Origin: Candidatus Micrarchaeota archaeon
Lineage (GTDB): Archaea; Micrarchaeota; Micrarchaeia; Norongarragalinales; SBBD01
Length of the DNA: 32,747 bases
Assembly: GCA_043813365.1 (NCBI GenBank)
Contig: JBDRLB010000019.1
Location: 1 to 32,747 of the forward strand
Direction of reading: 5' to 3'
Shown: positions 8,745 to 20,900 of the stretch, in pieces
Layout of the letters: each line of letters starts with the position of its first letter
How positions within the stretch are numbered: the first letter of the stretch is position 1
Notes under the pieces: model-generated
Database searches by the model: none
The model's input: only the letters and a program-made list of their open reading frames with translations
What the model was told of the DNA's origin: nothing
Position numbers and translations under genes: made by a program

Positions 8745-10406
8745 TTAATGCAATAATTTTTCAATGTTGAGCTCGAAGCCGACGCATGGGACCTCGAGCT
8801 TGAATGCCTCCAGCACTGCTGGGGACAGTTCCCCGACTTTGCCGATTTCCGCAGTGTCGCCGTTTATCCTCGCGGAAATCACCGTTTGCCGTCCATTTAT
8901 GAACATCTCCAGTTCGGATTTTCCGATTTTGAAATCCGTCCGGAACAGGCGCATGATTTCAAGGAGTGATGAGGACAATTCCGCAAGGTTAGCATTCGAG
9001 TGCGCGATTATGCCGGCAACATGGAGGTCGTTCCGGGCGGAAACCGGAGAATTGGCATCCTCAGTTGCGGCAAGCCCTATTTCGAATATTTTCTGGGGGT
9101 AATTGTTGTGCGTGTTCTTGGAGAGTGCATCAATGAGGTGGGGAAGGAGGGACGAGCGGATGTTCTCGTATTCCTCGCTGACCGGATTCTTTATGAGGAT
9201 GAGCTTCTCGCCAGATTTTGCCTTGTCGAAAAGCTTCTGGCTGGTAAGAATCGGCGTATTGAGCTCCATGAAACTGGAACCGACCATGAGATCCGTCAGG
9301 AGGTCGACTATTTTTGTCCTCCTTGAGACGGAGCCCCTCGTAAATATTGAGGGGGATTTCGGCTGGAAATTATTGTATCCGTAGCCAAGCGCAACCTCCT
9401 CAATCAGGTCAACGGGATGGAGGAAATCAGCTCGGTAGCGGGGAATGAGGCAATTCAGCACTGCGGGGGATTTTATTTTGGCGGAAATGCGCTGCTTTGC
9501 GAGAGCGTCAATTATTTCCTGAGGGGAAAGGCTTATCCCCAACAATTTGTTTGTCTCGTGCACCTTCAGTTCCATTGCCTCCGGCTCGGTTTCAGGCGTC
9601 ACTATCGTTTTATGCGGATACTTCACTTCAACTGATTTGACTGTGCAGCCGCGGTCATAGAAATCCTGGCACAGGATGTTCAGTGCAATGTTGCACGAGT
9701 GGTAATCGGGGCCGGTGATATCGATGAATATTGTTTTTGTGCCGATGCGCATTTCCGTGAGTATGCCGTTGATGATGGGCGGGAATGATAGCACCTGGTT
9801 GCGCGAGTCGAATATGATGGGCATTTTTTTCGCATCCTTCAAGATCCAGCCGTATTCGATGCCCTTCGGGTGCTTTTCCAATATCTGCCTAAGGTTCATT
9901 TTCCTGTTTTCCATCAGGGGGACGAACTCCACAGATTCCGGCTCAACTGCCTTGTAATAAAACGGGGCCACGAGCGATTCCATGTCATGCAGCCCTATGG
10001 CGACCTTTTTCCTTTTCCTTCCATGAGTGATGGTGAGCTTTTCCTGTATTTGTATGAGGTCCTTCAGATCTTCATCGGTGAGTTTCACGTTTTCAATAAC
10101 GGCACAGACGATGAATTCCCGCACCTGCTTTACGGATTCGTCAACGTGCACCATATAATTGCCCTTTTCGAATTTCTCTTCGGGAATTCCCTTTTCAATC
10201 CCAAGTGGGCCCTTCAACGCGCGGCTGATTCCCTCTGCAGAGAGCAGATCAGGCCGATCGCCGGTCACTTCGATGTTTATTCTGTCGCCATCCATTGAGT
10301 CAATAGGAGCCTTGATCTGGTGGAGGTGGTGCTCAAGCTGCTCATCAGTGAGGTGCTTCCCTATCAATTTCAAGAGGTATTTTTTGCTGACCTCGGTTGT
10401 TACCAT
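8745..10406 (-). CDS. pheT: Phenylalanyl-tRNA synthetase beta subunit (archaeal type)
   Basis: DRPDLLSAEG, GRKRKKVAIGLHD, SFPPIIN, P.YRAD.LHPVDLIEEVA..YGYN. Confidence 0.98.
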   Translation of the reverse strand: MVTTEVSKKYLLKLIGKHLTDEQLEHHLHQIKAPIDSMDGDRINIEVTGDRPDLLSAEGISRALKGPLGIEKGIPEEKFEKGNYMVHVDESVKQVREFIVCAVIENVKLTDEDLKDLIQIQEKLTITHGRKRKKVAIGLHDMESLVAPFYYKAVEPESVEFVPLMENRKMNLRQILEKHPKGIEYGWILKDAKKMPIIFDSRNQVLSFPPIINGILTEMRIGTKTIFIDITGPDYHSCNIALNILCQDFYDRGCTVKSVEVKYPHKTIVTPETEPEAMELKVHETNKLLGISLSPQEIIDALAKQRISAKIKSPAVLNCLIPRYRADFLHPVDLIEEVALGYGYNNFQPKSPSIFTRGSVSRRTKIVDLLTDLMVGSSFMELNTPILTSQKLFDKAKSGEKLILIKNPVSEEYENIRSSLLPHLIDALSKNTHNNYPQKIFEIGLAATEDANSPVSARNDLHVAGIIAHSNANLAELSSSLLEIMRLFRTDFKIGKSELEMFINGRQTVISARINGDTAEIGKVGELSPAVLEAFKLEVPCVGFELNIEKLLH

Positions 10407-10407
10407 G

Positions 10408-11874
10408 TCATTTGCTCCTCAATAATTCCAGATCCCTTGTGTGCAGGTCGCGGATATCCTTCAGTTCTAATTTGATCATTGCAAGCCTGTCCAAACCCAG
10501 CCCCCATGCTAAAACAGGTACATTGCATCCCAGCGGCACGGTTACTTCCGGCCGGAAAATGCCGGCCCCTCCAACCTCGGTCCATTTGCCGTTGATTTTC
10601 ACCATCATTTCAACGGATGGCTCGGTGAATGGGAAATAGGAGGGAGCGAATTGCACGTCCGCTGGTTGGGCGCCGAAAATATCAACTGCAAATGCTTTCA
10701 AATAGCCCAATAGCTCCCTGAAGGTCATGTTCTCATCCACTACTATTCCCTCGCATTGGTTGAACTCGAGGAAATGCTTCCAATCTATCTCATCCGACCG
10801 GAACACCTTCCCGATGCAAAATATCTTCGAAGGCGGCTTCACTCCCGCTGCAAGTGAGCGTGCGGATACGGTGGTTGTTTGGGAACGCAGCGCGATGCCA
10901 GCTGCCATCCTCTCACTCCACTCATATCCCCATCCTTTGGAGCCCGCAACGCCCTTCTCATGCGCCCTTTTAACATTTTCAACGATCTTTTTGTCGGGAA
11001 GGGTACCCGTTTTCAAATCGAGATGGAAAACATCGTGGATATCGCGTGCAGGATGGTCCTGGGGCATGAAAAGCGCATCCATGTTCCAGAACTCGAGCTC
11101 GGTAAAAGGGCCGTGCGCTTCCTGGAATCCAAGGGATGCCAAGCGTTCCTTCAAATCCCTGACAAATTGCAGGTAAAAATGCTTCTTTCCCAGGTAATGC
11201 ACTTTGGGCCGCAGCAACAGGCTGATGTCGTATTCACGGAAAACAACGTCCCTCCATCTGCCGTCCTTGAGCATCTGGGGCGTAAGCTGGGATGCGCCCT
11301 CCACCCGGGGCTCCGAGAGCGCCTTTACTCCCTCAGGAGTGATTTTCGCCTCAAATTCCTTCTCAGTAACAAGTGAGATGAGGTTCCTGCCTTTCAGATT
11401 TTGGAAAGGAGGGGAATTTTCGAACGGCATTTTTGAGCCTTTCAAACGGGCAAGCAATTTCTCTTCCTCTACAGGATTGGGGTGATTTAGCAATGAAACA
11501 ATTGTTTTCCCGACTTCCTTTTCTATCTTGATCCAGTTGTGCTTCCTTGCCCATTGGATGGCGATCTGCGTTTCAGTGGGGGAAAGGCCCGCAATTGCGG
11601 AAATGGAATTGAACTCAACAGGGGATTTTTTTAATGCTTCCGCAAGTTTCCTTTCGGGCAGCCCGGAATGGCAGTAAGCCTTGCCTTCGGGAGTCAGTTC
11701 CGCGAAAACGGTTTCCTCCTTCTTAAGATGAATAAGTTTCTCATCGGACAATTTGGAAAGAATGCTCATGAGGGAAGAGTAATCCATCTTCAGGGATTCG
11801 GAGATTTTCCTTGCCGGAAGGTACTCCTGATGCTTTTCCAACTGCCTCAATAGTCTCATTTCCGCTTCGTTCAT
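10408..11874 (-). CDS. pheS: Phenylalanyl-tRNA synthetase alpha subunit (archaeal/eukaryal type)
   Basis: N-terminal wHTH domains, FWNMDALFMPQDHPARD, FPFTEPS, GAGIFRPEV, AWGLGLDRLAM. Confidence 0.98.
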   Translation of the reverse strand: MNEAEMRLLRQLEKHQEYLPARKISESLKMDYSSLMSILSKLSDEKLIHLKKEETVFAELTPEGKAYCHSGLPERKLAEALKKSPVEFNSISAIAGLSPTETQIAIQWARKHNWIKIEKEVGKTIVSLLNHPNPVEEEKLLARLKGSKMPFENSPPFQNLKGRNLISLVTEKEFEAKITPEGVKALSEPRVEGASQLTPQMLKDGRWRDVVFREYDISLLLRPKVHYLGKKHFYLQFVRDLKERLASLGFQEAHGPFTELEFWNMDALFMPQDHPARDIHDVFHLDLKTGTLPDKKIVENVKRAHEKGVAGSKGWGYEWSERMAAGIALRSQTTTVSARSLAAGVKPPSKIFCIGKVFRSDEIDWKHFLEFNQCEGIVVDENMTFRELLGYLKAFAVDIFGAQPADVQFAPSYFPFTEPSVEMMVKINGKWTEVGGAGIFRPEVTVPLGCNVPVLAWGLGLDRLAMIKLELKDIRDLHTRDLELLRSK

Positions 11875-11996
11875 TGGAACCAGAAAATTTAGGCGCTTAC
11901 GATTTATAAGGGTGGCGCTGCATTGCCAGTGCTAGGAAAATGGAAAATAAAAAAACCTCCGGCTAGGCGCATAAAAAAAGGAAAAAAGGGGAACCC

Positions 11997-14900
11997 TCAC
12001 TTCTTGCGTTTAAGCACATAGAAGGCGATCCCTAACACTGCCAGAACAAGCAGGCCGTACTGCCATTGGGATGACGCAGCAGTAAAGAAGCCCGTTGCCC
12101 ACGAGTTTGTTCCTGTGTCGGGAACAATCGGCACATCCAGATTCGGAGCAGGGGGCAATTTTGCCGGCGGTGTTTGGGAGTCGGGTATAACCGCCACCAT
12201 ATTTTCCTCCGGTTCCGGTGCCGCTGTTGGTGCAGCTATTTCCTTGGTTTTTGCCGGTTGCGGAGTTTGGTCCCCTCCAGAATAAGCGCTTGAGCTTACG
12301 TAGGAGTTCCCCGAACTGCCGCTATAGCCATTGTTTGTGCTGGGTGGCGTTGTTGGCTGCGGCGCTTGCACACCTGCTTTTGCGCCCTCGTTGCCCAAAA
12401 CGTCGACGGCGCTCACAGTCCATGTGCCGGTTTTGCCCGGTGTATCAAAGGTGTTCGTTGTGCTCGTGCCCTCCAGGTTCCCATTGAGATAGATGTTGTA
12501 GTGGTCGACTCCGGTCATGTCCGTTGCAGCTGCCCAGCTTAGCGAAGTTCCAGAGAGTGTCACTCCTGCTGGCATCACCGGCCCGCTCAAATCTATCTTG
12601 AAGGTGATTTCGGGGTCTGAGCAATGCGGAGGTATTTCCGCTCCGGAAGGCAAAGTGCCCGTAAAGAGCGAATCACACACCCTTGCCCTGAGGAAGTAGG
12701 TCTTCCCATCCTCAAGCCCTTCCAATGAGGTATTGAAATCAGCGGAGTAATTGCCGTTCTCATCGCTTCCCTCGAAGAACTTCAGCTGCCTCCAGCCGGA
12801 ATCGTATGTGCTGTTCCCGATTGGAATGCCGAAGAGGCTTGCAACGTCCTCGAACACGCGGTACTGCGCCGTGTCAGGGTTGATGCCGGAAATGTCGCTT
12901 GCGTGCATGATTATCGGCATGACCTGGCCGTATGTCGCGCCTGCCTCAGGCGAAAGGATCGCCTTTGAGGGCGGCGTATTGTCAACCATCATCGTGGTGC
13001 TGACGCTGCCACTGTTGAACTCGCGGTCCATTGCATACAATCCCATGGTATGAGAGCCATCGGGGAGCCCGTTGGGGACGGTGCCGAATATCCGGCAATG
13101 CTGGTCATCAATGATGACTCCCTGGAAGTTGAATGTGGCTTCAGTTTCCTCGTCCACTACTTCACCATAGCAGTTCAGCAATTCGGAGTCAACATCAACA
13201 GCCTCTAGCGTCGCGGAGAAATAATCCCCGGTCGAGAGCGGCCTATCGAGCCCTTCCTCGGCAACAAGCTCCACCATCGGCGGAGTGTTGTCGATGTCCA
13301 TCAGGATCTCGTCCTTGTTCTGGTCGCGTGCAAAATCGAACAGCGTGTTGCAGCTCCTGTCGGTTATCTGCACAACAAGGTATGCCTTGTCGGTCAGGCC
13401 CGATTCCTCAGGGATCTGCAGGCTGCCGGCACATACTCCATCGGAATACGGAACATTGCCAAGCGGAACCAATTCGTAACGGCCATCGAGGTATTCAAGA
13501 AGATCATCCAGCCTGCCTGGCACCTTCAGCATCCGCATTACCTCAAGCAACTCGTTATCGGTGAGCTCCTCGAAATGTATGTCGATCGCAAAGAATGAGC
13601 ACTCCTTGAATCCGCTTGCTGGATTGCCCAAATCAATTGCGGGTGCATACACCGAGAATTTCTCGCCATCATGGTACCATCTGCCGGAAGTCGGGTTCAG
13701 CACCCATACCTTCGGAGGCTGCTTGTCAAATATGTCAATTTCGCTTTGGACGGTTTCGATATTGTTGAGCTGGTCGTAACTCCGGTATTCAATCGCGTAA
13801 ATCCCCTCTTCAGAGAAGGAGAAATTCGTGAAGCCGTCGTATTGGATCCAATAGGACCACTCGCCATCACCAATCCGATACCTGTATTCGGTAACTACGC
13901 CATCAACATGGCAGATTGGCCCGCCATCAGGTGCGGAGAAGCCGATCGTTGTGTCACGGCATACGTAATAGTCGCACTCCTCATCCTCATCGCAGGCAGT
14001 TTTATTGCCCATGATGAGCTTCTCTGTTTCTGGCGGAGTGGTGTCCACACGGTCGATTTCGGTTTCCGTAATTGCCTTGTTGCCGAGCGCGTCCTCGCAA
14101 TAATATTCAATGGTATGCACCGAATCCTCCTCGAATTGGATTGTTGCCATGGTGTCATCTACGTACATCCATTCGGTCCATTGGCCGCCATCGACATTAT
14201 ACCGGTAAACGATGCTTACATGGTCAACCGGGTGCGGGTATTGATCCTCGCAGTAAAGGCTGATTTCGGTATCCTGCGTGATGAAATAGTGGCAGTCATC
14301 GCGTTGGAGCTCCGAGCATGGGATCGCCGGTTTGCCCATCGATTTCCTTACAACAGGAGGTTGCGTGTCAACGATATCTATTTCGGTCTGCGTGTATTCC
14401 TCATTGCCCAGCTCATCAATTGAGTGATAGAAGAGCGTGTGCCTCGAGTCCTCCGGGAAGGTGAACGGGCCTTCATAAAGCATCTCATCGCTGCACCATT
14501 CAAACTCTTCGGTTTTCTCATCAGGCATCCCGAGGCAATAGTAGTAGTAGGTTTCCACATTGTCAACCGGATGCGGTTCGGGGTCAACTGCAGTCAGCGT
14601 AATGGGAGTTTGCTGCGTGATATAATAGTCGCAATTCTCCTCTTCTCCCTCATGGCCTTCGCAGGCATGCTTGGGATTGCCAACTGTTTTTGTAGTGACT
14701 GGAGGTACGGATTCCACGACATCCACTTCCCTGTAAACTGGGCCTTCATTCCCGAGTGCATCAACAGCGTAATATTCGAGCTCGTGCCTTGAATCCTCTG
14801 CGAAATAGATGGCTCCCTCATAGAGGTACCATTCGCTCCATTCCCCTCCATCAATGCGGTAGCGGTAATACACTTCCACGCTGTTCACGGGATGGGGAAG

Positions 14901-17900
14901 CGGATCAGTTGCCTCGAACGAGATCGGGGTGCTTTGCGTTATGTAATAGTCGCATCCGAGCGGATCATCATCGCTGCATGCTACTTTGGGATCCCCAACG
15001 GTCTTGACAACTGTCGGGCCCTGGTTATCAACTATGTCAAGCTCCTTTTGCGTTTCTGCAATGTTCCCCAAAAGATCCTTGCAATAGTACTCTACCTCGT
15101 GCATGGAATCCTCGGGCAAATTGAATTGCACCTGGTCGCTTTGCGTGACTATCCATTCTCCCCAGTCGCCCCACACGCTCTGTTCGTCAAACCTGTACCT
15201 GACCCTGTAATAGATCGATACCTGATCCACCGGGTGTGGGTTGGGGTCGTCGCAGTAAAGCGTTATGGGGGTTTGGGAGGTGATGTAAACGCAAAGTGCG
15301 TTCGGCATGCTGCATCCGCCTTGCACGGTAAGGTCATACAGTATAGGCGATGCTTCCTGCGTGCCCTTCATGCTTACCTGCACCTCCAAATACCTTCCAT
15401 TGGGAGTTGTTGCAAAGCCACCGCCATTTGTTACGGTTTCCCAGCTGGACCAGCTTACATGGTTCTCGGAGCTCCTGACTTTGACAATCAATTCGGTCCC
15501 TTCAGGAACATTTGCATTCCATGAAACCGGGCCGAGATCGGAACCGGCTTCACCCGCATCATGCACAACATTCCATGTGCCCACTCTCACAGATGCCCTG
15601 AACCCAAGGCCAGTTGCATCACTGTATGTGTAGGGGCCCCTTCCGGTATTGAAGACACCCAATGCACCGCCATCGGAACCCCGGTATTTTGCCATCCGGT
15701 CATTCCCCCTTAGCAGCACCCATACGTCATTGTTGGAATCAACCACAATCCCCCGGCCTTCGCCGGAATACTGGGTAGCCACGTTCCAAATGACGCTTCC
15801 ATCAGAGGCAAATTTATATGGCGCTGCGGTTGAACTCCTTGAAACCAGGATGTTCCCATCCTTGTCCGTTGCGACCCCATAGGTTGCAAATTTCACTGCC
15901 GCCGGGGTTGAGAATGTCCCGGTTCCGGAATTGTATTCGATGTATGAATAGCCGCTCAATGACCCGAGGTATACATGCGTATTCCCTCCCGAATCATACC
16001 CGAGCGCCACTCCGTAATTGCTGCCATAGCTCGAATGGTAATACAGGTTAACTGCATTCGTATTCGTGTCCAGCCTCAGCAAATTGTTGCCGAGTGACGC
16101 ACCCCAGAGGATTCCGTACTTGTCAACCAATGCGCCATACGGAGTATTCGCGCCAGTAGAGATGGGTCCTGCAAGTATTGCGCCGGTGTCACCATCCAAT
16201 TTGTAGTATGCTGACGACCCATAGCATCCGAGCCAGATATCACCGTTCAAATCAATTGCAAGCGACCTTCCAACGCAGTTGTTCGGTCCCACACGGGAAA
16301 CCCATGCAACGCGCTCATCAGTTATTTCACTGGGATCGATGATATTGTTGGTGTTGCTGTCCGTCATTTGGAGCATTTCAGACGGAAGTATGTTGCCGCT
16401 GCTGTCCGCATTGAAAGAGGTGTCAATTACGCCATTCCCATTGCGGTCAATCCAGTCATCCGCATAGATTTTAATCACATCTGCCGGCCTGCCGTCAAAA
16501 TGCCTGTTGGCGACATAGACGTTTCCATCCGCGTCAACAGCCGTCCTTGAAGGCGCAGGGCCCGACCAGTCATCATGGTTGGCAAGCGGCCCGAACCAGG
16601 TGTGGTACCTTGCAAGCTCCACATTGTTTGTCGTATCCCATTTTGAAAGCGAATCCTCGCCGGCATTGGCGATCCACATTATCGGGTAAGTGTCGCTTTC
16701 CCCGGCCTGTATTTGCAGTTGGTCAGCCACGGTATCATGTTCCAGGCCTACGAGTGTTCCCATATCAAAATCCGAGTTGATAGTGTACGTGTATGACGAG
16801 CTGCCATCCTCGCATTCCACGGGCTCTTCATCGCACCATACTTTGGGATCGCCCACCACTTTCCTTACAACGGGCGGGACTGTTTCCACAATGTCGATTT
16901 CCGTCTGTTCAACCTCTGTGTTGCCCAAGGCATCGATGCAATAGTATTTCAAAGTGTGCATCGAGTCCTGCGGGAACGTGAACGGTTCATCATAAAGCAT
17001 CAATTCCGTCCACTTGCCGTCATCGACCATGTATTGATAGTATATCTGCTCTCCGCCAACTGGATGCGGATTTGGATCCTCGCACGTAAATGCTATGGGA
17101 GTTTGCTGCGTGATGTAATAGTCGCATCCGAGCGGATCATCATAAGCGCACTCCACTTTCGGGTCGCCGACTTCCTTTACAGTAGCAGGAGGCTGCGAAT
17201 CAACAACGTCCACTTCGGATTGCACCTGCTCGGCATTCCCAAGCGCATCCTCGCAATAATACTCGAGGGTGTGCTTCGAATCCTCGGGGAAAGAGAATGG
17301 CTCTCCATAAAGCATCCATTGCCCGAACTGGCCGTCATCTACGCTGTAGCGGTAGTACACGTTAACATGATCCACCGGGTGCGGCTCCGGATCGGTGCAT
17401 TCCAGCGTGATCATCGTGTCCTGGTTGATGTAATAGTCGCAATTGTTCGGGTCCTGAGGGTCGCACTCCACCTTGGGGTCTCCAACTGTTTTGATTGTTA
17501 CGGGCGGGACGGTTTCCACAATGTCATATTCGTAATAATGCTGTCCCTCGTTGCCAAGCGCATCAGTTGCATAATATTCGAGCTCGTGCCACGAATCCTC
17601 GGGGAAGGTGAACGGCCCGGTGTAATTTGTCCATTCGGTGCATGGAATTACCGTAAGCAGCACTTCGGAAAGCCCTTGTGTGCAATACCTGTAAGTAATT
17701 ACAACCGGTTTGTCCTTCACATGGCTGTAATCGGTTGCCATAAAAGTGATCGGCGTTTGCTGCGTGATGTACCAGTCGCATTCCTCCTGCGGAGTGCATT
17801 GGTGCTTCGGTTCTCCGACTGTTTTCTCTACTGTTGGGGGAGTCGAATCGACCTTGTCCACTTCGGTTTGCACCTTCTCCTTGTTGCCAAGCGCGTCCTC

Positions 17901-20900
17901 GCAGTACCATTCGAGTGCATGGCGGGAGTCTTCCTTGAAGGTGAATGGCTCAGTGTAAACCGTCCAATCGGTGCAGAATGGTTCATCCACTTCCGTTACG
18001 CAGTATTTGTAATTGATTTTTACATCGTTTACTGGATGCGGTTCGGGATCAATGCATTCCAAAGTGATTGGCGTTTGCTGCGTAATGAAGTAATCGCAGT
18101 CGTCCCCTGTTTCGCATTCCAATTTCGGGTCGCCAACGGTTTTTTCGCTCTCCGGAGGCTGCGTGTCAACAACATCAGTTTCAAATTCGTGCTCATTCAC
18201 ATTTCCGAGAATGTCCTCGCAGTAGTACTCCAATTCATGTATGGAATCCTCCGGGAAGGTGAATGTCGCATTCGTGCCATCCACATTCTCAAAATCGGAC
18301 CATACATTCCAGTCTGATTTCCAGTCCTCCTTGGTGCGGTAGCGGTAGCTGATCGCAACATGGTCGACCGGATGGGGCTGGCCGTCCTCGCAGATTATTG
18401 ATATTGAGGTATCCTGGGTGATGAAAGTGAACCCATCCCCTTGCACTTTCGGATCGCCTATTAATTTCCTCATGGAAGGCGGCTGCGTATCAACCACATC
18501 AACCTCCATCTGCTCCTTCTCCTTGTTTCCGAGTGAATCTTCGGAGTAGTAATATAGGGTGTGCCTCGAATCCTCTTCGAATGCGAACGGGCCGGTGTAG
18601 ATCATCCAGCCGGTGCAATATGGCTTCTCAACTTCGGAGACGCAGTATTTGTACCAGGTGGTGACATCATTCACCGGATGCGGCTCGGGGTCAACTGCAG
18701 CCAAGGTGATAGGTGTTTGCTGCGTGATGTACCAGTCACACTCTTCCTCAGTAATGCATGCATGCTTAGGCTCGCCAACCGTTTTGGTTGTTACGGGCGG
18801 GACCGTTTCCACAATGTCGATTTCGGTCTGCACCTGCTCGGCATTCCCCAATGCATCAACGCAGTAATATTGGAGCATATGCTTCGAATCCTCTGCGAAT
18901 GTGAACGGTTCCCCGTAAACCACCCATTCCGTGAATGCACCGCCATCTACGCTGTAGCGGTAGTAAACGGTTGCATCATTGACGGGATGAGGCTGCGGGT
19001 CAACGCACCTGAAAGTTATTGGAGTTTGCTGGGTGATGTAATAATCGCACCCTAACGGATCATCGTCGGAACATTCAACGCTAGGCTGGCCGACAAATTT
19101 CTCCGTTATTGGAGGCTGCGAATCCACGAAATCCGCCTCCACAATGGGGTTGCCTTTGTTGCCGACGTAATCAACTGCATAATACTCCAGGGTGTGGTAG
19201 GAATCTTCCTGATAGCTGAAGGAACCGGCGTATTCCATCCATTCAGTGCAGCTTTCCGGATCGACATCAAAGTCGGGCCGCGTGCAGATGCGGTAGTATA
19301 TCTTGATGGGCTTGTTTTCAGCATGGCCGAAATCAGTCGCGGTAAGGGTGAACAAGGTGCTCTGGTTAACGTAGTAATGGCAAACATATCCGCCGGTTGG
19401 TTCTGTTTCACATTCTATTTTGGGATCACCGACTGTTTTCTCAACTGTTGGAGACTGCGAATCAACCTTCTCCACTTCTACGTGCTTCTGCTCTACATTC
19501 CCAAGCACATCCTCGCAATACCATTCGAGCTCGTGCCTTGAATCCTCCTTGTATGTGAACGGTTGGGAATAAGTCGTCCATTCAGTAAATGCGCCATCAT
19601 CAACTTTGTAGCGGTACTTTATCACAACTGCATCGGAAGGATGCGGCTGCTGGTCCTCACACGTAAGGGTTATGGAGGTCTGCTGGTTGATGAAGTAATC
19701 GCAGTCATCGCCTGTTCCGCACAGCGCTTTCGGCTCGCCAAGAGTTTTTTCGCTGATGGGCGGCTTTGTGTCAACAATATCGATCTCAAAGTGGTGCCTT
19801 TCCTCGTTCGCGCAATAATCAATTGAATAATACTCTATTTCATGAATGGAATCCTCGCTGAAGCTGATCGGCCCGGAATAAAGAATCCAGCTGCTCCACG
19901 CGCCCCACGGGTCGGCAAAATCAATTTTGTACCTCACGCGGTAATAGATTTTCTCGTTGTCTGAGTAGTAGCCATCCGCTGGGATGAAATCGGTTGTATT
20001 AAGGGATATCAGCGTGCTCTGGGTGACAAAATAGCATGCCTCTGCTTCCTGCTGGTCACCGAGGTAATCGCACCTCACTTTCGGAGTGCCGATTGTTTTC
20101 ACTGTTGTTGGAGGAGTGCGGTCTATCACGAAGCATACTTCCGGCTGGAAGCTCATTTTCCCCCAATTGCCCGCAAGGTCCCTGCCATGCAATTTCACGC
20201 AATGCCTTCCCTCGCCAAACCGGGAGTTGTTGATCGTTGCATTTACCCATTCGCAAAGCTCATCGAACAGCCCATCCGAGGCGAACATCGGGTAGCCCGC
20301 GCCATTCGGCAGCCGGGTCCAGTTGCCATCCATGAAATACTCCGCGTACGTTATGGGAGACTGTGAATCACAGATTTCAGAAATGAGCAGCGGATTTTGT
20401 GCGCACGCCCAATAAGGAATGGTAACGTTCCTCACGATTTCCGGAGGAATCAGGTCCATGTCGAATGGGACCGAGCTGCATTCGCCCCAGACGCCAGCAA
20501 TGTTCTGGGACCTCACATAAATGTCATGTCTGCCATCAACGATCCCATAATTCGCAAGTATCAAGTCAAGCCTGCTAATGTATTCCACCAGCTTCTCCTC
20601 GTTGTATGTGCCATCGTCGGCCGGGTAAACATAATAGCCGGTGCCCGGATAGCCGCATTCATCGAAATAGAATTCGGAATAATTTATCGGGGTGCATGTG
20701 TCTGTTGTCGTTGCATGGAAATTGATCTTGTAATTTGTCGGATCGGGGTATGCAACCAGATCGGTTACAACCGGGCCCGTAAGGTCAAGCGGGCCTTGGG
20801 TGCCGTCACAAACATCATAATATACGCCTTCCTGGCAGAACATCGAGGAGTACCTGTCTCCACAGCCGTTTTCTGTGCATGACTGGAAGCCATAATAGCA

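Noticed and set aside
13722..20124. Regularly spaced DNA repeats as a CRISPR array or DGR repeats
   Set aside because: They are degenerate, in-frame protein repeats with a period of about 330 bp; there is no cas or reverse transcriptase gene in the window.
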